DNA from: an uncultured Eubacteriales bacterium
GTDB lineage: Bacteria; Bacillota_I; Bacilli_A; RFN20; UBA1709
Length of the DNA: 24,000 bases
NCBI GenBank assembly: GCA_964631095.1
Contig: CAZVZF010000004.1
Span: 3,840 to 27,839, forward strand
Direction of reading: 5' to 3'
Of the stretch, positions 16,607 to 24,000 are shown piece after piece; the stretch's first letter is position 1, and every line of letters begins with the position of its first letter. Position numbers and translations under genes: made by a program. The notes under the pieces were generated by a model. That model did not search any database. It saw only the letters and a list, made by a program, of their open reading frames with translations, and had not been told where the DNA came from.

Positions 16607-17950
16607 ATGAAAATTATTGTAATAGGAGCGGTAGCGGGTGGTACTACCGCAGCCGTAACTGCTCGAAGACATGATCCCCATGCTGATATTACTGTATATG
16701 AAAAGGATCATGATATTTCCTACGTAAGTTGTGGGATGCCATATTATCTTGCGGGAGATGTAGAAGACGAGGCGACGCTTGCTCCACGTGGCCCCGATTA
16801 TTTCTTGAAGAAACATCGTATTTCAATACATATTCAGCATGAAGTTCTTTCGATTGATGCATCCAAAAAGAAGGTTCGAGTACGCAATTTAACAAACAAT
16901 CAGATCTTTGAGGATGGCTATGACCGGTTAATTATCGCAACGGGGGCAAACGTGATATATCCGCCGATTCCAGGGGTTAAACTTCCTCATGTCTTCCCTT
17001 TAAGACGCATGGAAGAGATGCGACAGATTAAAGCCTTCTTCGACATGAATCATCCCACAAAAGCAGTGGTGATTGGCACGGGATTTATTGGATTAGAGAT
17101 GGCCGAAACATTGATTCGTCGAGGAATTGCAGTGCAATTAGTGGAGAGATTACCACAAGTTAGTCCAAATGTTGACCCTGATATGGCACGACATATCCTA
17201 GCCTATCTTGAATCCAAAGAGATTCCTGTCCACCTTAACAAAAGTGCTGTGGAAATCACTTCCACTCATGTGATTCTAAATGATGGCGAACAATTAGAAG
17301 CTGATTTTGTTTTGCTTGCTACCGGTGTGCGCCCTAATACGGAGCTCGCAAAAGCCATTGGATTAGAATTGGCCCTGAATGGTGGAATCCTTGTGGATGC
17401 CGAGCAACGTACTTCGATCCCTGAAATCTATGCCACGGGTGACTGTGTTTTACTACCAAGTATTGTCTCTCAAGTTCCCATCTATCGTCCGCTTGGTTCT
17501 ACAGCAAATAAAACAGGCAGAGTTGTTGGCGAAAATGTTGTGGGTGGCCATCAAACATTTCCAGGAATTGCTGGGACAAGCATCTACCGATTTTTTGAAT
17601 TAACGGTTGCGCAAACTGGTCTTGGTGAAGCCGAAGCACGAGCCCATGGACTGAAACCGATAACCTATGAAATGTCGTCCGAAGATCGCCCTTTATTTAT
17701 GGGAGGACGAGAAATGAATATAAAGCTTATTGTTGAAGAAAATACCCTGCGATTATTAGGTGCTCAGATTGTTGGTTTTGATGGAGTGGATAAGCGCATT
17801 GATGTCGTTGCGACTGCTATTTCCTTTGGAGCAAAACTCGATGATTTGACCTCACTTGACTTGGCTTATACCCCCGTTTTCAATACCTCTACCGATCCTC
17901 TTGGATACGCTGGATTAATGATGAAAGCAAGTTTAAAGAAAAAATCATAA
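16607..17950 (+). CDS. FAD-dependent NAD(P)-disulfide oxidoreductase, CoA-disulfide reductase / NADH oxidase family
   Basis: IIVIGAVAGGTTAAVTARR (FAD), redox Cys in SYVSCGMPYYLAGDV, VVIGTGFIGLEMAETL (NAD), YATGDCV, PLGSTANKTGRVVGENV. No rhodanese domain at the C-terminus. Confidence 0.87.
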   Translation: MKIIVIGAVAGGTTAAVTARRHDPHADITVYEKDHDISYVSCGMPYYLAGDVEDEATLAPRGPDYFLKKHRISIHIQHEVLSIDASKKKVRVRNLTNNQIFEDGYDRLIIATGANVIYPPIPGVKLPHVFPLRRMEEMRQIKAFFDMNHPTKAVVIGTGFIGLEMAETLIRRGIAVQLVERLPQVSPNVDPDMARHILAYLESKEIPVHLNKSAVEITSTHVILNDGEQLEADFVLLATGVRPNTELAKAIGLELALNGGILVDAEQRTSIPEIYATGDCVLLPSIVSQVPIYRPLGSTANKTGRVVGENVVGGHQTFPGIAGTSIYRFFELTVAQTGLGEAEARAHGLKPITYEMSSEDRPLFMGGREMNIKLIVEENTLRLLGAQIVGFDGVDKRIDVVATAISFGAKLDDLTSLDLAYTPVFNTSTDPLGYAGLMMKASLKKKS

Positions 17951-17963
17951 AATCTTCTAAAAT

Positions 17964-17990
17964 AGGGAGTCCTTTGGACTCCCTTTGTTT
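17964..17990 (+). terminator. Intrinsic terminator AGGGAGTCC-TTT-GGACTCCCT + TTGTTT
   Basis: Perfect 9-bp stem, T-rich tail, 13 nt after the stop of the oxidoreductase. Confidence 0.8.
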
Positions 17991-18101
17991 GCATGAAAGC
18001 AAAGAGAAAAATGATATCAAATATTGTTTTTCTTTGTGCAAGTCTTTTGTTTCGAAACCAACTCTTTTATAATAGAGAAAAGAGGAAGGGAGACGTGCAC
18101 A

Positions 18102-20234
18102 TTGCTAAACAAAGAAATCATAAAAGATTATGCCGATTTTCAATGTGATCGACTCGCTTATTTAATGGGGAATCAACGGCATCAAATGCAAGTCATCAAA
18201 GAATTATTTGAAGCTAATTATACCCTCGAAGATTTTGATGAATTAATCCAGGAAGAAGAAAACCAACAACAAGAAGTGCGCTCCTCAGCGGAGCGCTTTG
18301 AAGAATGGATGAGGCTTTATCCTGAGCTCTTCACTTCGTTAATTGAAAAGGCAAGAGTTGCGGCCCAACAAGACCAAGCGGCACAATTGATTGCCAAATG
18401 GGAAGACCTTCAAGAAGTTGCAAAGCTTTCACGGTTATATTTTGAAACATTATATCCTGGGAAAACACGGCGTGCAGATACTATTGATGGGAGTATTGAT
18501 GGGCATGATGATCGAAAAATGTCATCCATCGAGGAGCGAACTAGGCGCTATCTTTCTGACGATTCTGTTCAAGTTATTTTTGAAGGACAAGTATCGATTG
18601 ATGGATTTTTGGCCCGATGGGATGTGCTAGTCAAAAAAGCCAATGGATACCATTTGTATGAAGTAAAGGGGAGCACAAGCATTTATCGCACCAATAAGCG
18701 CGATTTGAATACGAACCAAACACTTCCCATCGGTATTCGGAAGCCCTATCTCTATGACATTGCGTTTCAACAATGGGTTTATGAACGTGCGGGAATCAAC
18801 ATAGCTGAAGTTCATTTTCTCCATCTTGATCGAAATGCTACCTTCCAAGAACAAGAAATGTCTTATCCACTTGATGTCTCTCTACTTTCTCGTTTATTTC
18901 GAACCTCTAGTTTCATTGAAGATGCAAGCGAAAAAGGGAAAGAGAAGCCGTTAATCTCTATTGGAGAATATCTCCATCGAAGAATCTATGTTAAGAAAGG
19001 CCAAGATTCTATTGAGCAGTATGCGTTTCATTTGCAATCAGTTCTTCAACTTCCCGAAGTGCCTACCATCAAAATGATTTATAAGTGTCGCAAGTGTCCC
19101 TTGCGTGATTTGTGTCATCCCAATGTTCCGAGCGATCATATTTTTATGCTCAATTGTTACAATGGGACTGGAGGAAATTTTCGAACAACTAAAATGTTTA
19201 TTGAAGATCTCCATTTAATGTCAATTCAGTCCATTGATGAGATCCTAGTACATAGTCGCTATCGTTGGCTTTTGGAACCGCGAGAGGGAACTCCACGACT
19301 TTCTTCGGCACGATTACAAATCGAGACGATTCAAAATAAACTACCACGAAAACATTATTTAGTTCCTGAGCTTATGCAACGTATCATGAGTAAAGATTAT
19401 ACTGTTTTTCCTCTCATATTTTTTGATTTTGAGACCTTTAATTATCCGGTCCCCCTTGTGGAAGGGGCCCACCCCAATCAACAAGTTTGCTGTCAATATT
19501 CCATGCATGTCATTCAGCCAAATTATGACCTTGCAATGCATAATTTTGTACAGGGAAACGGTGGGGGGATTACCCATTATGAGTACCTTGGAACCCCATC
19601 CTCTGATGGATTTATAAATCCCGAGCGATCATTAATTCAAACATTAAAAATGCAACTTATCCAAGCAGGGCTAGACCCCAATCATGATCCTTTTACCTTA
19701 GTTGTGTATAATAAATCTTTTGAGCAATCTCGTTTTAGAGAAATGGCCGAACAGTATCCAGAAGAGTCTAATTTCTTATTAAAATGTTATCAAAGTATTG
19801 TTGATTTGCTGGATTTTTTTCAATACGGGACATGGTATCATCGAGATTTTAATGGGAGGTCAAGCCTTAAAGTTACACAGCCAGTTTTATTGTCAGATCC
19901 TACTATACTAGGTTGGTATCGATATTTACCCTATCCCCTAGAGGAGACTCTTGCCTATCACCATGGTCTCATCCATAATGGAGGAGTAGCATTAGCGGTG
20001 TATCAAACTTTATTACGTCGGTTTTTTATCACAGGGACACAAGATGATGAAGAAATTTTTCGAGAAGCCTTACTCGCTTATTGCAAAATTGATTCATGGG
20101 GAACAGTGATACTCTACGATATCATAAAAAAAGCCTTGTTGAAGATACAAGCCAATTCGATGGATTTGGATTGGGCGCCACTTGACTTACATTTTCTTTC
20201 TTCGACCCATCAACAATTCTTAAAGGAGGAATGA
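18102..20234 (+). CDS. DUF2779 family protein: putative Fe-S PD-(D/E)XK nuclease domain + DEDD/DnaQ-like exonuclease-type domain
   Basis: N-terminal FQCDRLAYL, then EGQVSIDGFLARWDVLVKKANGYHLYEVKGST, then YKCRKCPLRDLCHP (C-x2-C-x5-C), then PLIFFDFETFNYPVPLVEGAHPNQQVCCQYS. Likely TTG start at 18102 after GAAGGGAG; the track start at 18024 is upstream of a TATAAT at 18068-18073. Confidence 0.75.
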   Translation: MLNKEIIKDYADFQCDRLAYLMGNQRHQMQVIKELFEANYTLEDFDELIQEEENQQQEVRSSAERFEEWMRLYPELFTSLIEKARVAAQQDQAAQLIAKWEDLQEVAKLSRLYFETLYPGKTRRADTIDGSIDGHDDRKMSSIEERTRRYLSDDSVQVIFEGQVSIDGFLARWDVLVKKANGYHLYEVKGSTSIYRTNKRDLNTNQTLPIGIRKPYLYDIAFQQWVYERAGINIAEVHFLHLDRNATFQEQEMSYPLDVSLLSRLFRTSSFIEDASEKGKEKPLISIGEYLHRRIYVKKGQDSIEQYAFHLQSVLQLPEVPTIKMIYKCRKCPLRDLCHPNVPSDHIFMLNCYNGTGGNFRTTKMFIEDLHLMSIQSIDEILVHSRYRWLLEPREGTPRLSSARLQIETIQNKLPRKHYLVPELMQRIMSKDYTVFPLIFFDFETFNYPVPLVEGAHPNQQVCCQYSMHVIQPNYDLAMHNFVQGNGGGITHYEYLGTPSSDGFINPERSLIQTLKMQLIQAGLDPNHDPFTLVVYNKSFEQSRFREMAEQYPEESNFLLKCYQSIVDLLDFFQYGTWYHRDFNGRSSLKVTQPVLLSDPTILGWYRYLPYPLEETLAYHHGLIHNGGVALAVYQTLLRRFFITGTQDDEEIFREALLAYCKIDSWGTVILYDIIKKALLKIQANSMDLDWAPLDLHFLSSTHQQFLKEE

Positions 20235-20236
20235 CA

Positions 20237-21532
20237 ATGCCTATCTTCCCATTAATTATGACGATTTTGGTAGGAAGCTACGCTGCTTTGCTTGCCAATC
20301 AAGGGTTAGCAGTCATTCAGCAGGAAACTCGAAGCATTTATCAAACTCAAGATGCAGATAAACGAAAAGCACTTTTCCAAGCCAGTTGGAAAGCAGCGCT
20401 TCCATTGGTTTTGGGACTTGCTCTTCCATTATCTATTGCAACCTTTTTGCTGTCTGGATATGTCATCTTATTAGCAGGAGAGGTTTTGGGATTATTCTTT
20501 CCTAACAATAAAAAGGGGATGCTCTATGCTACATTTTCTGGAGGTGCATTTTCTGCTTTCATTTTTATACTTTTCTTTGGGTTAAAAACATATGTTCCAG
20601 GATGGTTCACAATTGACTTTCTTACTCCTCTCACATCTGTATTCGTCCCATTATCGAGTTCTTTTGCTTTAATCCCTGCCCTTGCGATAGGGGTCCAATT
20701 TGGCCCTAAGAAGGCAATTGCCGCAAGTTTAATTATTATTATGGTATACATCTTGTTTCTTCGTTTAGGAACGATTTCTTTTTTATCGGGGCGCTTATCG
20801 GCGATTGGAATTGCATTTATAGTTGGTATCCTCTTGTACTATTTACTCACCTTAAAAATAAAGAAAAATACGGATCCCGAAGATTCATTAACCCATCAAG
20901 CAGAGTCCAATTTCCCGTTGATTAAGAAGCAAGGACTCTATCTTATCCCTATGGGAATCATGATTGGTATCATGGCTTCTGATAATGCTTTTGCTCTAGA
21001 CCCTTTGTCGCATGTGTTGCTTGCCGATGGATTTCGCTTTGAAGCGGGATGGGCTGTCATGGCCTTGGCTTTAACAACCATTCAGCCATTGTATACATCC
21101 GCACGAATAAGTGGGGTATATAGCCCGATTGGAACAGGCCTTGCAATAGCCTTAGGCTATTGGTCAGCGGTATTACCTGGAGTGTTCGGTCTTGTTGTTG
21201 CTGGACTATTAGGAGGGGGAGCGATTGCTTTTGAATTATGGGCAGGCGATCGGCTTCATCGCTATTTACATTCTCACCCGGTACTAATAAAAATGGGTGA
21301 TAATGTCCGTAAGTCTAGCTTAGTAGTGATGGATTATACTATTTTTGTTGGTTCAATGGTAATTGGGAATATCATATATCCAGTAGTAGGTTTTATGTGG
21401 GTTTTAGCGGCTTGGGTCATTCACCGCACCTTGCCTCAAAAAATCTTCCATCCCATTACCGTAGGCCCGATTGCCTTGCTTTTGCTAGGTCTTGTCGTTA
21501 ATTTATTACGTTTGTTACGAATTCTTATTTAA
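20237..21532 (+). CDS. YhfT-like polytopic membrane protein
   Basis: About 430 aa, about 10-12 TM segments. LTSVFVPLSSSFALIPALAIGVQFGPKKAIAASLIII and HPVLIKMGDNVRKSSLVVMDYTIFVGS align by eye with remembered E. coli YhfT segments. SD AAAGGAGG favours ATG 20237. Confidence 0.65.
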   Translation: MPIFPLIMTILVGSYAALLANQGLAVIQQETRSIYQTQDADKRKALFQASWKAALPLVLGLALPLSIATFLLSGYVILLAGEVLGLFFPNNKKGMLYATFSGGAFSAFIFILFFGLKTYVPGWFTIDFLTPLTSVFVPLSSSFALIPALAIGVQFGPKKAIAASLIIIMVYILFLRLGTISFLSGRLSAIGIAFIVGILLYYLLTLKIKKNTDPEDSLTHQAESNFPLIKKQGLYLIPMGIMIGIMASDNAFALDPLSHVLLADGFRFEAGWAVMALALTTIQPLYTSARISGVYSPIGTGLAIALGYWSAVLPGVFGLVVAGLLGGGAIAFELWAGDRLHRYLHSHPVLIKMGDNVRKSSLVVMDYTIFVGSMVIGNIIYPVVGFMWVLAAWVIHRTLPQKIFHPITVGPIALLLLGLVVNLLRLLRILI

Positions 21533-21553
21533 GGAAGGTAGTGTGAAAAAGAG

Positions 21554-22279
21554 ATGAGTGAATGGGTTTATGAGCAGTCATATCAAGTGCCTGCATCGGA
21601 AACAGATGTTTTTGGAGTGTGGAAGTATGCCGCATTATTCGCCCAAATGCAAACACTTGGGGAGCGTCACGCACAGGAATTGCAAGTGGGAAGAGCTCAT
21701 TTATTACAAAGAGGAGTTGCATGGGTCGTGGCCCGAGTCAAACTTGAGATGTATCGTATGCCCCGTGCCGATGAAGTAATCCGAATGAAAACTTGGCCGG
21801 GCGTTCCTTTAAAATTCATTTTTCCTCGCTATTATTGGTTTGAAACCGAACATGGAGAAGAGTTGGGGAAAGGGGTAACTGTATGGAGCTTGTTGGATTT
21901 GGAAAAAAGAGAAATAGTCATTAAAACGGCACCCTATGTTTCCCATTTTCCGAATAATTTAGATAGTAGTGGATTGTTACCCGTGCCAACACATATCATA
22001 CTTGATCAAATGGAACATGAAGTGGTTCATCAACCGTCTTACAGTGATTTGGATAGTAATCAACATGTGAATAATGCTCGCTATTTAGAGTGGGTTTTTG
22101 ATTTGCTCCACCGTGATGGGCTTGATAATCGTTCTCCACGATCCGTACAATTAAACTTCAATCATGAAATTCTTCAGCATGATCAAGTTTCCCTCCATTA
22201 TTCAAGTAACGATATTCATTTTCAAGTACAAGGAAGTGATGGTCCGCTTGTATTTTTTACTGCGGAATTAGAATGGTAG
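21554..22279 (+). CDS. Acyl-ACP thioesterase family protein (double hotdog)
   Basis: YQVPASETDVFGVWKYAALFAQMQTLGERHAQEL...RGVAWVVARVKLEMYRMPRADEVIRMKTWPG...YSDLDSNQHVNNARYLEWVFD. Confidence 0.87.
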   Translation: MSEWVYEQSYQVPASETDVFGVWKYAALFAQMQTLGERHAQELQVGRAHLLQRGVAWVVARVKLEMYRMPRADEVIRMKTWPGVPLKFIFPRYYWFETEHGEELGKGVTVWSLLDLEKREIVIKTAPYVSHFPNNLDSSGLLPVPTHIILDQMEHEVVHQPSYSDLDSNQHVNNARYLEWVFDLLHRDGLDNRSPRSVQLNFNHEILQHDQVSLHYSSNDIHFQVQGSDGPLVFFTAELEW

Positions 22280-23013
22280 AACCTAATTATGTTGGGACCC
22301 TGATTCTGGCTGCGGAAGAAGCAGAATTAAGGGCGCTTCGCACCAAACTTCATCTCCCTTTTAGCGAAGAAAAAATTGGCCCCTACACAGTCTATCGGGG
22401 ACAATGGCATCATCAGCCAGTGATGTTAGCCTTAACTGGAGTAGGTAAAGTTGCTGCAGCAGCAACTTGTGCCACTATCTTATCCTCTTTTTCTGTCTCC
22501 CAAATTATCAACATTGGTACAGCGGGTGGATTATCCAACATTCTTAATGTGGAAGATATTATTATTGCCTCTCAAGTTGCTCATGCAGATGTGGATTTAA
22601 CCATATTTGGTTCGTATCAATTCGGACAGCTACCTGGACTGCCGGCTCGCTATCTCCCTTCCAATGACCTCCGTGAGGAACTACTTCCTATTTTTCAGCG
22701 GATGAACCAAAGAACGCATGAAGGACTTATGCTTTCGGGGGATATGTTTTTACATGCTTCATCCCCACTAATGAACATAGTGAAGCATCAATTTAACTAC
22801 GATCATCCACTAAGTTTTGACATGGAAAGTGCCGCTGTCGCACAATGTTGTTTGCTCTTTCAAAAACCATTTGGCATCATACGTGTTATCAGTGATATAA
22901 TAGGTACCAGTGACCAAGTCATCCAATACCAAGATGTCGTACAACGATCAAGTTTTGTACTTGCTGAAGTATTTGACCAATGGTTCCTATCCCATCAAGA
23001 AGGAGAGACATAG
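22273..23013 (+). CDS. mtnN: 5'-methylthioadenosine/S-adenosylhomocysteine nucleosidase
   Basis: ILAAEEAELRALRTKL, ALTGVGKVAAAATCATIL, INIGTAGGL, FDMESAAVAQCC, IRVISDI. 7-nt overlap with the thioesterase gene. Confidence 0.85.
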   Translation: MVEPNYVGTLILAAEEAELRALRTKLHLPFSEEKIGPYTVYRGQWHHQPVMLALTGVGKVAAAATCATILSSFSVSQIINIGTAGGLSNILNVEDIIIASQVAHADVDLTIFGSYQFGQLPGLPARYLPSNDLREELLPIFQRMNQRTHEGLMLSGDMFLHASSPLMNIVKHQFNYDHPLSFDMESAAVAQCCLLFQKPFGIIRVISDIIGTSDQVIQYQDVVQRSSFVLAEVFDQWFLSHQEGET

Positions 23014-23017
23014 TATT

Positions 23018-23728
23018 ATGACAACTACTAAAACTGTTCGTGAGGAACGTTGGATTCTTGCCCCACTTGGTTTAAGAGCCCTTGCGTTCATTATTGATTT
23101 TGCCATTTTTCTAGCATTAATGTTTTTGCTCGGGTTACTGGCAAAACCTGTTGGAAATGCTATTTGGAATTTGGATGGCATGCTCGCTCAAATTACCCAA
23201 TGGCAGAAAGATTATGGATTATTGGTTTTTCAAGAAGGTTCTTGGGTCATGGCAACTTCCGTCGATGCCTCCATGCAGAGTGCTTATATTGCTGTTGCTA
23301 CCGATACCGTAACTGCCTATTTAGGGTATCAGAACTACCTAGAAATTATTAAAGGTTTGATTGCCATTGCTGCCGTTTTCTTAATTCCTGCTCTTGTTTT
23401 TAAAGATGGCAAAACAATTGGTAAGAAAATCATGAAGTTACGTTTGATTACCCTCCATGGAGAAGCGGTTCGACCCGTAATTATTATGTTTCGTACTATG
23501 ATTGGCATGTGGGCCATTGAATATGTAACGAGCGTCCTTTTTTCTTACATTGGTATTTTAATATCAATACTGTTTGTAATTCTCACAAAACGCCAAAGTG
23601 CCATTCATGATATAATCGGGCGAACAATGGTTGTTCGTGATGAAAAGCAAATCATTGATGTTGAAATTGTGGACAATTCGGATAGTCCTATTCCTCCCAA
23701 CGAAGCGATGCAAGACGAGTCCAAATAG
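23018..23728 (+). CDS. RDD family membrane protein
   Basis: GLRALAFIIDFAIFLALMFLLGLL...KDGKTIGKKIMKLRLI...SVLFSYIGILISILFVILTKRQSAIHDIIGRTMVV. Start re-called to ATG 23018. Confidence 0.85.
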   Translation: MTTTKTVREERWILAPLGLRALAFIIDFAIFLALMFLLGLLAKPVGNAIWNLDGMLAQITQWQKDYGLLVFQEGSWVMATSVDASMQSAYIAVATDTVTAYLGYQNYLEIIKGLIAIAAVFLIPALVFKDGKTIGKKIMKLRLITLHGEAVRPVIIMFRTMIGMWAIEYVTSVLFSYIGILISILFVILTKRQSAIHDIIGRTMVVRDEKQIIDVEIVDNSDSPIPPNEAMQDESK

Positions 23729-23742
23729 GACCGTCTTTTTTT
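23714..23742 (+). terminator. Intrinsic terminator overlapping the end of the RDD gene
   Basis: GACG(a)GTCC-AAATA-GGACCGTC followed by TTTTTTT; the TAG stop (23726-23728) lies in the loop/stem. Confidence 0.65.
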
Positions 23743-23749
23743 GATAAAA

Positions 23750-23779
23750 TTGACATGAACTGTTTTTGTACTTTATAAT
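23750..23779 (+). promoter_or_regulatory. Consensus promoter TTGACA-18-TATAAT
   Basis: TTGACA 23750-23755, TATAAT 23774-23779. Confidence 0.8.
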
Positions 23780-23817
23780 ATCTATGACTCAAATCGAATG
23801 AAAGGAGTTGGTCGGTT

Positions 23818-24000
23818 GTGCCACCCTTCTTCGTTGCCATTTTAATATCTATTCTTTTCCTTATCATCGTGTTTAGCTTATTTGGCTTGCTCTTTTTTCA
23901 AATTGCTTTTAGCACAAAAAAACGACGCCCATTATGGGATGAACCTTATCTAAGATCCAGATTTAGAGAAGGGAACTACGATCCTATTCGCTCTTGGCAC
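23818..24000 (+). CDS. Partial ORF, N-terminal TM segment, runs off the right edge (possibly an alpha/beta hydrolase-type protein)
   Basis: GTG start after AAAGGAG. Hand translation: VPPFFVAILISILFLIIVFSLFGLLFFQIAFSTKKRRPLWDEPYLRSRFREGNYDPIRSWH. The family cannot be fixed from the visible part. Confidence 0.6.
   Translation, partial: MPPFFVAILISILFLIIVFSLFGLLFFQIAFSTKKRRPLWDEPYLRSRFREGNYDPIRSWH

Noticed and set aside
16496-16816. 106-aa minus-strand ORF upstream of and inside the 16607 gene
   Set aside because: It spans a probable terminator, a promoter and the FAD-binding motif of the oxidoreductase on the other strand; no family motif.
18102-20234. DUF2779 gene as a Cas4 belonging to a CRISPR-Cas or defence island
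   Set aside because: No repeats/spacers, other cas genes, helicase, transposase or integrase nearby; surrounding genes are metabolic or membrane genes. The Cas4 resemblance is only in the Fe-S nuclease cysteine layout.

Overview
24 kb of a low-to-moderate GC Firmicutes-like chromosome. It is mostly ordinary metabolic and housekeeping genes on the + strand. I see no CRISPR array, transposase, phage module, rRNA or tRNA. Gene order: partial GTP-type PEP carboxykinase (minus, cut at the left edge); 2-hydroxyacid dehydrogenase; DUF2177; FakA-like/DegV(FakB-like) fusion; DUF1295; LemA + TPM-domain pair; GrpB family; TetR regulator overlapping uvsE; a structured non-coding region with a strong intrinsic terminator; Mrp-type ATPase; leucine dehydrogenase + orphan P-loop ATPase + four-subunit 2-oxoacid:ferredoxin oxidoreductase (Vor-type); RidA (minus, convergent); MsrA; NamA-like; GNAT; CoA-disulfide-reductase-like; DUF2779 putative Fe-S nuclease/exonuclease fusion; YhfT-like membrane protein; acyl-ACP thioesterase; MTA/SAH nucleosidase; RDD protein; partial ORF at the right edge. 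I found no obvious new multi-gene defence system. The best candidates for a second look are the unassigned structured RNA at about 8573-8801, the DUF2779 protein with a Cas4/AddB-like cysteine pattern, the orphan P-loop ATPase in the Vor operon, the DhaL-FakA_M-DegV fusion, and the repeated AAAACAAGC/GCTTGTTTT elements around the lemA promoter. Where the supplied track starts too early, I re-called starts from Shine-Dalgarno position.
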